A stretch of 64,000 nt of DNA. It comes from Trichoplax adhaerens. Its lineage: Eukaryota; Animalia; Placozoa. The position numbers were made by a program, and so were the translations under genes. Below, in pieces: positions 43,576 to 56,115 of the stretch. The notes beneath the pieces were generated by a model, which worked only from the letters and a program-made list of their open reading frames with translations, made no database searches and was not told the origin of the DNA. The stretch's first letter is position 1; the number at the start of each line of letters is the position of its first letter. The DNA lies in contig NW_002060952.1 in NCBI RefSeq assembly GCF_000150275.1, positions 704,482-768,481 of the forward strand, given 5' to 3'.

Positions 43576-44833
43576 TTATAAATTGTTTTCATTACCATCG
43601 GACTTGGAACTGCCGCCTTTCCCTTTGACTAACAGTTCGTCCCAGTCGGGCCAATATTTATTTTTCATCCGATCGCAGAATTGGCTCAAATTGGGGTACT
43701 TGTTGACAAGCAACTCAGTGGTCCAGTGATGATCAGGCATATCGTATAGCAACTGTGCAAGAAAGCCAAACATGGTAGCATCGATTACTGTTGCCTGATC
43801 GCCCATAAAATATGGCTTTTTGCCAAGAAGTTGTGAACAGGCATGTAGATCGGTCTCGCCAATGCTATGGATTTCCTCATTGGAGTGCCTACCAATGCCG
43901 TGAGACCACATATAGCCTGTAATTTTTCGCCGTAGGGTTAACTTTAGGAGGAAGTGTAAAGCTTTAGGAACATGAATTGCTTGCAAAAACCACGGAAAAT
44001 TTTCCACTATTCGCCCTTGAACGATCGTAGCCCTATGTGAATACAGATAATTTTGCAGTTCATTAGAGAAGCTAATTTACACTACTTGTATGCGTTGTAC
44101 AATCTCAAGCCATGGATACTGTATCGCAAGTTATCGATGCATGATTTTAGTCGTGGCTCTACTGCGTACTTCTAGTGCAGCTGGCACACGATGGTCAATT
44201 TAATACAACAAATTCGATTCATAAGGAATATGCGAAGGGTATAGCTTAATTTGGATGATACTCCATCAATGTACTGTATGTACTGTATACCTTAGGTTAA
44301 ATTAGTCATTTCATGCTGTCACATCAATTTGGGAATTTTTGATTGCAAATAATACGACAGTATGATATCCCTTACTCATGAATTCATAAAGTTAATTCAA
44401 TCTACCGTGGTCTTGTTTAACTTTAGCCTATAACGTGTGGGTGTGTAGCAATTTACTTAGTAGCATATCGAATCGGTCATCGTATCTATTATAGCCAATC
44501 ATTACAATCATCTCGTTACCAGATTGTGTTCTCTTCCATCATTTTCATGAATGCTCGTGAAATACCCTTCTCTTCCTCGCTTAAATCTGCATCAAGAAAT
44601 CGATTGAATTTTTTCTGCAAATATTCTACACAAAATGATGAATCAGCCACGGCGTCTCCTTGACAATGAATCCAAGGAATCTTGCCCTTTTTTGAAAATT
44701 TACTTCGATGATCGCATTGATATTGGATATCAGCCATCCTCAAAAATGTCTCCAACTTGAGGACAAATGGAGATTGGCTGGGGATAGCTGATGCACGAGG
44801 GAAAGAATACACGATTACTTTGTCAGCGCTCAT
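43576..44833 (-). CDS. FAXC: Failed axon connections homolog (metaxin-like GST-fold protein); exons 44833-44520 and 44032-43576
   Basis: FPRASAIPSQSPFVLKLETFLRMADI, SKKGKIPWI, VADSSF, HGIGRHS, DLHACSQLLGKKPYFMGD, IDATMFGFLAQ and PNLSQFCDRMKNKYWPDW. The phase-2 GT-AG intron joins in frame. Confidence 0.9.
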
Positions 44834-47800
44834 TTTCCAACATGTAATTGATCAACGATAAAGCCAATTTTTGCTACCAATCGCTCTAAATGCTAAATAA
44901 TGCCGATTGGATGGATATGCAATGGTCGCTCAAGCCTAGTTTCCAACGAGCTGCTGCAGCAAGAATCGTCAGCAGGTTCAAACTTGCAATCAGGCCTTTA
45001 AATACCAACTATTTACAGACGGACAGATATCGAGTGCTGGACTTGCAGTATCGTGTTTCATGTAGGAGTACTGGCCAACAACGCCAAACTACTATAAGTT
45101 CAAAAGTGTTATGCTTGACATCACTCAACAATGTACCTGCCCCTCAACATGTACGTCGGGTCTACTACACTACTGGACAGTGTTCAGTACATGATGTCCT
45201 CTGGTAGGTGGTATTACCCATACAGAACCCTAGCAGAAAAAGACCCAAAGGCGACAAACTTACGTCACAGTTGCCCAACACGCTGAGTCATGGTGTTAAT
45301 TAGATCAGCTGTCAATCACTCGGTTTCCCATCATGCGTGAGCTAAACCTCTTGAATATGGTGGAGGTTATACTGTACTGCTGGAGTCGTAGTTGATATTT
45401 TAACAACACAGTAGTAACTTAAGCTTTTCTTGACCTCCATGATTCCCAATGGCATGTTCATGCTTGTTTAGATACAAATTATTTAATTTATTCGTTATGG
45501 ATTGATACAGGTTAAACCTGCTGACTGCTCTCATCGACGCGCATACTATTTAGTACAGTAGAAGTACGTGACAATTTCCTATGTAAACACAACTAGTCAC
45601 CGACAGCGCCTGCTTTAGCAGCTCATTTTAGTGCAATGTTATCGCCGTTTACTTCCCTTCCTTTCCTTGCATAGTCCCTGCCATCATTTTTGACAGTGAC
45701 ATACGAAGTTCTTGCTTCGGGCAATAGGAATACAATCGGCCAATTTGGATAATAATTTTATAGAAGCGCATAGTGTTCCATTTTACTGGTGCTACGACTT
45801 GGAGTGATGCGCGTATACAAATTTTTATACGCAACAAAAAATACAATTTACTTACAGTTAGTCCTTTAGTACCGTATACTGTATTTTAGAATTAGACGAG
45901 CTTTATATGTACAAGTGATCTCATTGCTGATGCCTATGCATGCTGCTGCATACGTTGATATAATTACAAAATTCAAAGAAGCATATTTTATACAAAATGA
46001 TCGAAAATGGCCAATCATTAAAATTAATCACGCCAACATGATTAGCTCTAGTCTTTATTTTTTTATTATAAATGTCTATGCAGTAGCATACATTTCACTT
46101 TCCGCTGGAATGAACACTAGACCCGACCACTTCGATATATATATTTTTTTCTTACACTTGGCTGAAACTGTTCTGTGCACTAATTACTTCTACGGCGCAA
46201 GATTAACTTGCAGTGAATAAATAAATGTATCATATTAAATAGTGAATATCAAAATATATGCAGTATGTTATACAATGGCCGGGCCTAGGTGAACGTATAC
46301 ACTTGTGTATGTATGGATTGGCGTGCAATCGAAATTACACTATTTCTTTGATAAAACTGTAGTAAATAACGGCTATGAAAGGCAAATCAAATTCTATATA
46401 TCGTAAACCATATGTAATCATGCGTACAATAGGACTAATTGTCGTCTATTCAGTTTATTATACACTGTATGAAGGACACCAGTATTATAATTATGTAATA
46501 ATGATCAAATTATTACACAATTCATTTCTTTATTCGTAGGCCATATTTGCAACAGTGTACTACCATGGACTACTAGTAATTTCTAGTAAAGTAGTATGAT
46601 AAATAAATATGCATGCCGCAAGATTCAATTTCCGAATTAATATTTAATTACGTAGGATACATAGTTATCGATGTATAGCAGATAATTCGATTATACGCAT
46701 AGTAGCACTGGCATAGCTAGCACTTTTTCTGACCAGTTCAAGTATTTGAACGGTAGGTTTACTAGTTTATTATGATGAATGATGGTATTTAATAATACAT
46801 TCAATCGTAGTGCTACTAGCATATAACAATTCAGCACTGTAGCCAATCGTGTAATATTTACCCGCAAACTAATATGTACTTGCACATAAATGTAATATAG
46901 ATACCAGTTTACTAGATACTATAGTACTTTGATGATTGAACTAAGTTAATAAAGCGTACGTGTTTATTTAGTTGCAAGTTGTCATCTTCCTTGTACGGAT
47001 ACATTACGTACAACGAGCATTCTTGATGTGCCCGTGTATTCAGAAACGTATCGCAAAATAAAAAAGCTTAAATTAGTGTCTTCGGTAATACTATATTAAC
47101 TTAATACCGTTATCAATCTCAGTCCGCTCAATCGTTTCATTTCTTTGCATATCACAGGTATTTTGTTGATATCCAATTTTCCTTTTAAAACACAGCGTCT
47201 AGCCCTAACCGCAGTACACGGAATCTACAACACTTGAGGACGCACGGTTTTTCTCTAAAATATAAAAACCTCGCAAATCTGGTCTCTACCGTACATTTGT
47301 TAGAAAATGTAATTTCGAATCCGTTCCACATTAACTGACTCAGCTTTCAATATCAATATTTTTATTACCTTTGTAAAAATATTAACACTCGTTCGGATAT
47401 TTACGTAGATACAGAAGCGATTAAAAGAAAGCGATCACTACACAATACAAAGATGGAATTGATAATGTTAAAAAATGGAGTGGAACGAATTTCAAGCTGT
47501 CAAACACGGAATTTCTTTAATATGGAGTGTGCATCTTTGAATACAGATTTCGTAAATTTGAGACTGAAAAGGAAGAGCTAACTGATGACCTTCATATGTT
47601 GCCTAACAATTGAAATTGTAATTTATCACATATTTAATAAGCCACGATAAGATTTTTAATCTCGCTACTGCCCAATACATTTACACGTTTTTTACTATTA
47701 GAATTGCAATTGTTCATAAACCAATCAAGTGACTGCTATCTCTCAAGTTGCTTTTATCATACTGTATCTAGAATTTAATTAAATGTACGTTCAGTACAGC

Positions 47801-48555
47801 ACGCGTATTTACGGTAGCTATTCACTGTTGATTGTAGGTAACTTACATAGGTATATTTCGAATAAATTTTAAGATGCATACGTTAAATATAGTAGGATCA
47901 AGAGTCCATTTAGTGAATATTTTGTTATGTAATTATATGCATAGCGCTATGCAAAATTACGATTTTAACCGTAACAAGTGTAACAGTACTTACAGTAACA
48001 TGTTGTATGAATTTAAATTTGATATGTAATGTCGTAAATGGTAAACTCTAATAAGCATATATTATAGTTTAGAAATGCGCACCATTGGCGCGGTAATTAA
48101 TACAAACCATTGGAATCAAGAATTCATAATATAATTACAAGATATCTCCGATATGATATTAGATTGACTTCAAAGTATAAACATTACTGAAGCTCCAGCC
48201 ATTGACGTAGGCATTAAGGTTAACTACTCTTAGCTTCTTATAGTAATGAATCAAACAATGTATAGTTGATTTGGCTCAATATTGGATCAGCAATTACAGT
48301 ACTATACTCATATAGTTTACTTCTGTTGAACAAATATCAAATCCTCAACAGAAGGATACTACTGAATATGAATCACTCCTTTTAGATGAGTGATTCAGAC
48401 ATAAATTATGGATACCTCAGAATCGTAAACAGTATAATCTTAATCCCAGTTATGGAAGGAATTTAAATCCATAATCAATTGAACATCTCCGTTGCTTATT
48501 TTTTACAGGATATCGACGTCATTATAGCCAATCATTTTGTAAAGGAATTGTATGT

Positions 48556-51296
48556 TTAGGCAAGCATGAGAAAGAAAAACGAAATAAGAACAACCATAAA
48601 GAAAACTTCTGATAAAAATCGCTCATTCTGCTCCTGTTCTGTTTGGGGACGTTGTTGGTCTGCTATACGTAAATCATAGATCAATTAGACAATAAAATTT
48701 AGTTCTCATAGAGATTTTCAATATTCCAACTTCCGTATTGAGTATGTAAGAATGAAATCACCTCCATGATTTGTTCCAAAGTTCTATGATAAGACGGATA
48801 AAAATGTTGGTAAGTTATTGATTGACAATTTTAGTCATAAACTATGAATCATGGTGGTGTGCTTATGGCACCACTATGTAAAATCGTACTTATGCACAAC
48901 TTTGAACTGGTGCTTACCGTTGAAAAGTAACCAAACGGAAAGGCGCCAATCCCGAAAGAAACCTGAAAGTTATCACCCCAAAAATTTTGAAATGGCTGAA
49001 AAAAAAGAAGAAAAGGTGTTAGCCGCTTACTGTAATTAGCATGCTGCCGAAGCAGTGTGTAATATTAAGGCCTTATTCTGTTACTAGTAAAGTCGTGTCT
49101 GTTTCAAAGGATCTGTTGAAGTAATCTGACTAGTAAATTGATTGGAACGCGGCGACAATCACCACTAGTAAGACATTGATTGGAGTTGGAGAGAATTGTG
49201 AAAAAAATCATAGTTTAGCCAATAAAAGATATACCCCTTGATTTTCAGGCTCAGACCTAATTCCTGACGGCCTTGGAGGAGTTTTCTCTCTAAAAATGAT
49301 AACAATTATAAATTATGATGAAAGTGAAATTATTGGCATGTCGATATTGCCCCTGAGATCAAAACTGAACACATCAAGTATCATTAGGAACATTCATCTA
49401 CAGTACTGACACTAATCCCTACAACACTTAAATTACTGAAGAAGTTACCATATTAACATACAACATAACGAATTGTTGAACATAGCTGGATATTAGCAGT
49501 CCTTTTATTAGTATTTTTATGTAGCATACCTAGGGTCTTGATTGGCGCAACCACGACCATATAACGGAATGACTTTATCGCGACTGATAGCTGCTTTACA
49601 TACCGGACAAACTTTATTATTAGGCCTTGTTTCTAGCCACTAAGGAAGAAAGATTAGCAAGGGTTAATTCAAAGAGTTCAATATTGCAGCGCTATCTATA
49701 GTAAAGGGGTTCAATACGAAGTGGATTGCAATGGAGCTACGACTAACCGTGTGTAAGCAAGGCCAGCTAGTATTGATCGAAGATATTGACGGATACCGGT
49801 TAATAGAAGAAACAAGGAAATCACAACTAAGTTTCAACGTCACGACAGTACAGTAGGCTAATCTGTACAATAGCGGTAGTTTTGACAACAGCTCTTGTAA
49901 ATGAAATCACATCAAGTAAAGCTTGCTTGGGGCATTGACTATAGTATCTATCTACAAGATGAGTTTTTCTTAACTTCTAGTGAGTACTGTATTGGTCAAC
50001 AGATTCATAAAATGGTGTCCCTTCTTTCGATTAAGAATAATGCAATTATTATTTTATGTAACGTTATGATTGATCTTACTTTTCCTGTAGTAATAACCAG
50101 GATTTACGCTGTGTACAGTATATTGTAATTTAATGCTTGAGTATAGTACATGTATTACAATAAGTTGCTACTGTTGTCAATGTTGTCTGTATACGGTATC
50201 AGCTCATGAAAAAATAGCATTTGCTACGAATAAGTCTGTCCTATCGTAACCGAATCTACTGCATCATCAATGGAATTGATCCTCCTCAATCTTTCAATGA
50301 GTTGATTGATGATGCTTCGTGATGAGCCAATCACCGAATACTGCCATATTAATACGGTAGTGGAGAATTTAGGGTACCCCATGGATATAGTGTCAAAATG
50401 TAGTCCAGTCGGTACAGCATTATGTGATGAGATTACGAATTGACTACAGTAGTGTGATGTAGGCGAAAAGAAGAGCTAGATTTGCACTAGTCCCATCAAG
50501 CCTACGCGTAATACACAACGAATATGCTGCAAGCCTTGCAGTGCAAGGTTAACTCCACCAATGATGACGTGATACGCTGTTGACGAAACTGGTTCATTTC
50601 TATTTTTACTGTTACTCACTAATTCATGGAAAGATAGGTTTGATTCCAAGGTGTAAGTGTTGCGCTACCATACGGATAAGATTGAAATTGTAACTACAGT
50701 ACCCGGCAAAGGATTGACGTTCAGAGTAAAGAGAGACTATGGTGTCGAGATATTACTATACACTGTATCTCAAGGCGAGCACTGCTATTGCAATTCATTG
50801 ACGATTAAACTTTAGCCTACGTGCTTGACTATCAGTTGATTTGCCTACGTCGGCCAACAGCTAAGGCAACTGCTGTAGGTATTGATACAAATATCTTTGA
50901 TATGCGTTTCTCTTGGCAACTCTCGATCTACGTCAAGCTTATTGTATCGTTTGTCATGAAAGACTACATACGATCTATGATGTAACAACAGGGCGAAAAA
51001 ATAGATTGGCACTGCAGAGTGTTCGGTAATGGAAGATGTTTCTGCCCTGTTGTATCTGCATTGGACGTCGAGTGGAAAGAAACAATATTGGCTACCAAGA
51101 TAGCGATGATGAGAAGTGATACTTACCAAAACAAGTGACCACAGAAACTAACTACTGCATCTTTGGCTGTATCCAGACATATGTTGCATTCGAAATTTGC
51201 TTGAGCACTATCTTCATTTTCATTGCTTTCCGTGTTGGAGTTGGTTCCGGCGTTATTACTACTATTATTGTGAGAGGCCGAACTGGCGGACGCCAT
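48556..51296 (-). CDS. RNF185: RNF5/RNF185-family C3HC4 RING, tail-anchored ERAD E3 ligase; exons 51296-51127, 49766-49748, 49639-49530, 49289-49235, 48995-48918, 48783-48762, 48662-48556
   Basis: [23 protein letters not shown]|WPCLHT|[53 protein letters not shown] and a hydrophobic C-terminus. The ATG sits in an AAGATGG context. Likely co-ortholog of RNF5 and RNF185. Confidence 0.92.
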
Positions 51297-51344
51297 CTTC
51301 CAGTGTGGTGGTCGTACGCGGCTGATTGACCCCACCACTGTTGT

Positions 51345-53165
51345 ACGTCAGCAAGTGTGTTGAATGCAGGTAGCATCACTCACCAAAGAGCGTAGGGAAA
51401 ATAGCGTGTTGTACAGTACTGTATGTACTGTACTGTACAGTACAGTATAGCGTACACTACAGTACAGTATATAGTACTGTAACTTAGGGTCAGTGACTAC
51501 TGTAAAGCATTAGTACTGGTACAGTATTGTACTGTACTGTACTGTAGTCATCAAAACCTGGAAACGTACAGTACAGTAACCCATACGTCAGCAAGTACAG
51601 TATGTTGAATGCAGCTAGCATCACTCACTCACTCACTATACAGTACAGTAGAGCGTCAGGAAAATAGCGTGTTGTACTGTACTGTACAGTGTAGAGTACT
51701 GTACAGTGTACTGTACTGTATCCAGGGGCCATGACTACAGTACAGTATATAGTACTGTTACTTAGAGTCAGTGACTACTGAGTGTGCAGTACATTAGGTA
51801 GAGTACAATGAACAGTATGGTCACGTACAGTACAGTAGTGTAAGGATGTCTATACATTATTGCACTGTACTGTAGTCAACAAAACCTGGAAACATGCAGT
51901 ACAGTAACCCATAGCACACGTCAGCAAGTGTGTTGAATGCAGGTAGCATCACTCACTCACTCACTATACAGTATACAGTAGAGCGTCAGGAAAATAGCGT
52001 GTTGTACAGCGTACAGTGTAGACTTTACAGTGTAGAGTACAGTACTGTATCCAGGGGCCATGACTACAGTATAGTACAGTATATAGTACTGTTACTTAGA
52101 GTCAGTGACTACTGAGTGTGTAGTACATTAGGTAGAGTACAATGAACAGTATGATCACGTACAGTACAGTGGTGTAAGGATGTCCATGCAGTATTGTACT
52201 GTAGTCATCAAAACCTGGAAACACAGCCATAACACACGTCAGCAAGTGTGTTGAATGCAGGTAGCATCACTCACTCACTATACACAGTACTGTAGAGCGT
52301 CAGGAAAATAGCGTATTGTACAGTACAGCGTACAGTGTACAGTGTAGGCTTTACAGTGTAGAGTACTGTAGCAGAGTACTGTATCCAGGGGCCATGACTA
52401 CATTACTGTACAGTACACTGTACAGTACAGTACAGTATATAGTACTGTTACTTAGAGTCAGTAACTACTGAGTGTGCAGTACAGTACTGTACTGTACAGC
52501 GGTGTAAGGATGTCCATGCAGTATTGTACTGTAGTCATCAAAACCTGGAAACATAGCCATAACACACGTCAGCAAGTGTATTGAATGCAGGTAGCATCAC
52601 TCACTCACTATACTGTACTGTTTCATCTATCTGTATGTATAGAATTTAAGGCAAATTTTGCAACTTTACTACAATTTATTTTGCCTAATAGCACTCTAAA
52701 GAGAACTGGCTCACACCGTACTGTACTGTACAGCGTACAGTGTACAGTGTAGACTTTACAGTGTAGAGTACTGTAGTCGAGTACTGTATCCAGGGGCCAT
52801 GACTACAGTACTGTACAGTGTACAGTACAGTATATAGTACTGTTACTCAGAGTCAGTAACTACTGAGTGTGCAGTACATTAGGTAGAGTACAATGAACAG
52901 TATGGTCACGTACAGTAGTGTAAGGATGTCCATACAGTATTGTACTGTAGTCATCAAAACCTGGAAACATAGCCATAGCAACTTGGATAGGCTAGAGATG
53001 CGATGACAGTTCACTACTAAATTTTGATTTCAACTTGGATAGTAAGGATGTCCATATAGTATTGTACTGTAGTCATCAAAACCTGGAAACATAGCTATAG
53101 CAACTTGGATAGCCTAGAGATACAATGACAGTTAACTACAGTACTAAATTTTGATTTCAACTTGG
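51345..53165. repeat. Compound tandem array (~240-330-bp unit x5 plus a ~125-bp sub-duplication) directly upstream of RNF5/185, saturated with TACAG/TACTG insertions
   Basis: Units begin acgtcagcaagtgtgttgaatgcaggtagcatcactcac at 51345, 51585, 51918, 52236 and 52566 and end ..gtagtcatcaaaacctggaaac. The segment ~52920-53040 is repeated at ~53042-53165. Confidence 0.95.
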
Positions 53166-55147
53166 AGATACAATCAGACCACAGTAACTACAACAAACAA
53201 CAAAGTACCACTGGACGGTACAGTGTACAGTGTACAGTGTACAGTACCGCTCAAGTGGATACTGTGGGTGGTTGTACAGTAAGTACTGTACTAGTCTGCA
53301 ACATCCAGTCGATTTATCATCATCATCCATCTTGATTGGGATTTCAAGTTGGAAGCAAGGCTTGACAGTAGCCAGCGCGATCGCACCGCAAATTGGAAAA
53401 CATTGCATCATTCATTTGGAATATCCCAACGGTACAATCGTGTAACCGTATACTGGATAAGAAAATAAATCACTTCCTTGAGACGAAATGGTAAGATTGA
53501 TACTTGCATTTGCTGACAAAGTCGGTTGATTGTATGCAAGCATTCATCAACGATGATTCAAATACTCCTGGTCATGCAGTAAACTTGTGACTTTTGCGTC
53601 ATTTCATTTCCTCCAGTCCAATCCAATTCAAATGATTGGGTGTACATCATCACAGGATCATTCATCATACATTCATACGTTACTTTACCACAGTATTTCA
53701 TAGACATGGATGTGTCTATGAAATAGACAAGGTCATCATCTGTAATAGGACTAGAAACCAACGACTGTAGAGGTTACCATAAGTCGACTATCATGATAAT
53801 CTATCTTAGCAAATGCTCACCGTATGCTTGACTCAACTTGACTTGGACTACAGATTGGATTAGCGTCAAGGCGCAAAGCGCAATTTACATACTATGTTGG
53901 TAGTGTACAGTCAAAGACATTCCCTCCTTGCATGATCATGATCATGTAGCATTCTACACTACTTGCAGTGATAGACTGTAGTATCAAAATGGTAATACAG
54001 ACATGAATCGTGCGATAACCGCACTCCCCATCATACTACCGGTGAGCCACAGAATACGTATACCAACTCGATGACTGCCATCGTCAGAGGTTGATCCATA
54101 TCCAATCAATCAATCAATCATAGCCAGTGCTTCGTATAATTACAATTTAGATTGTAATTGACAGTCGATGTGACGATTTTTACATCATCCTTTGGTCAGG
54201 ATGGATTACACCATGATGAGTGCTGGTGCTGCCATCTTCTATGCACTATTCCATCAGCAAGTCAATATCTTTCTTGATCCACTGTACACTCAATGTTGTA
54301 CAGTGTTGTAATGTCCCTGTAAATCGCCTGCCAAGTTTAGCCTTAAAACAATTACAATGATAGTGAAGCTGAGTTGACACAACCAGCTATAGCTTGCTTA
54401 TTCCATCAACCTTGACATTTTGAGAAATTCAAGGTACATCATCACTTTACATCATGAACCCAACTTGTATAGCAGCTACATTGTTGGATAGGTCTATTCC
54501 TTTCATAAGACAGCAATTTGTCTTCGTAGCGCTAAACTTGATGATATGGGTAGGTCTTACAATCAACATAGTCCGAGAAAGAGGAGTCAAAATTCCGACT
54601 GTACTGCACGTGCTAAATGAATTTATTGGCTCGTATTACCATTTGTACTGTCCTAGGATGGCTATGCACAAGATGAATAAAGTTTTACGCCTGTATAATC
54701 CAGCAAAATTGCAATATTTTTCATTGTAGTGCTTCAGTAATGGAACATATTTTAGTCTCCTCTTACAGTATAACGACTGCCAACCTACTGCATTGACAAT
54801 CGCAAGCTGATGCAATCAGCTTCTCTGTGTGATAACGTTCGTAGACTATTCCTACTATTAACTTGATTATCAAACGGTGGTTGCTTTTCTCTATCATCAG
54901 TTACCATATCCATTGTACTGTATAGACGCGTATCTGTTCACGTAACGTTTCCATTCTGAATCAGCAAAATTTGTCACTTTAACTAGAAAGTATCTGCCAT
55001 GTTATAATATAGGATGCACGACTGAAATACAGTAGCTTTAGGGAACGCTGATAACGTTTATGCCATAGTCAATTTGAAAAGTACAACGCTGAGCCTGAAG
55101 AGGAGTAATAACACTCGGCTACATGTCAATCTTATCGCGTTCATACA

Positions 55148-55168
55148 ATAATAATAATAATAATAATA
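55148..55168. repeat. (AAT)n microsatellite upstream of Elongin B
   Basis: About 7 units of aat. Confidence 0.85.
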
Positions 55169-55214
55169 AACATCATCACATCCATGATCTAGCATAGGTT
55201 CAATTCGAGAATAC

Positions 55215-56115
55215 ATGGTAACTCCAACTATACTAGCCCATGTTGTATGCTAACAAGTCGTCCTCATCTTTCTTACACCATACTGACTGTGCGCTTTATT
55301 CCGTTATACTAGGATATTTTTTTCATGATTAGACGACAGAAGTTAACTTTATTTACCGATTGTAAGGAGACTAATACAGTGTTGGATTTAAAGAAAATAA
55401 TCGATGGTGTTACGAAAGTAAACCCTGAAGATCAACGATTGTTCAAAGGGGATGAAATTCTAGACGATAGTAAACTCTTGAGCGATTGTGGCTTTAGTAC
55501 AAGCACCGCTCGTGCTCAGGAACCTGCTTTTCTTGGTTTAGCGTTTCGTGGCGAAGGTACTTCATTTAAGATTAATTTTAAAGTCTTAACACGAGTTCAA
55601 TTCTAATTGCTCGTGAATGTTATGATTTACTGAAATGTTAGGTATTTTTTTTAGTTCCAACTTGTGTATTGTACGTTAGGGTGAGGTTGCTATCTCTTGA
55701 CATATTAAAGTTGGTTATGGTGAACACGATATTATTATTGATCTACTTATTGGACGTAATACTGCTTATTGTAAATCCTGCTGCTTCAATTGAATTACAA
55801 ATCTGATAGCCTACTAGTTGTTTTTAGTATTGATAAAATTTTGGGCCTAATGTTAAATCTAAATGCTATATTCATTCATACATCTATAATACGATTTCAA
55901 TAGTTACCCCAAAATATAAGAATAAATTCTTGAGTTTATATCCTTTTCCTTTAATTCTTTGTCTTGCTCCATATGTTATGATTTTACTATTAGATGGAGA
56001 ATTCGAACCATTGAATATAGCTCCTTTAACGCAGCCGCCTGATCTTCCTGAAGTTATGAAACAAAGAGGTGAACCTAGTTCGGATGGAAACTCAGACCAG
56101 AGTACGTCTGGATAA
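55215..56115 (+). CDS. ELOB: Elongin B; exons 55215-55217 (ATG only), 55313-55556, 55994-56115
   Basis: M|DIFFMIRRQKLTLFTDCKETNTVLDLKKIIDGV..PEDQRLFK..LSDCGFSTSTARAQEPAFLGLAFR..FEPLNIAPLTQPPDLPEVMK matches the Elongin B ubiquitin-like protein. Splice sites are ATG|GTAACT and TAG|GAT. Confidence 0.95.

Noticed and set aside
51297-51338. Upstream GTG start for the RING ligase suggested by the ORF track
   Set aside because: Non-ATG start. The ATG at 51296 has a strong AAGATGG context and gives a family-typical N-terminus.
51400-53290. Intact transposon or telomeric repeat
   Set aside because: I found no transposase ORF or paired long TIRs. The pentamers are in mixed orientation and are not a uniform G-rich telomere repeat.
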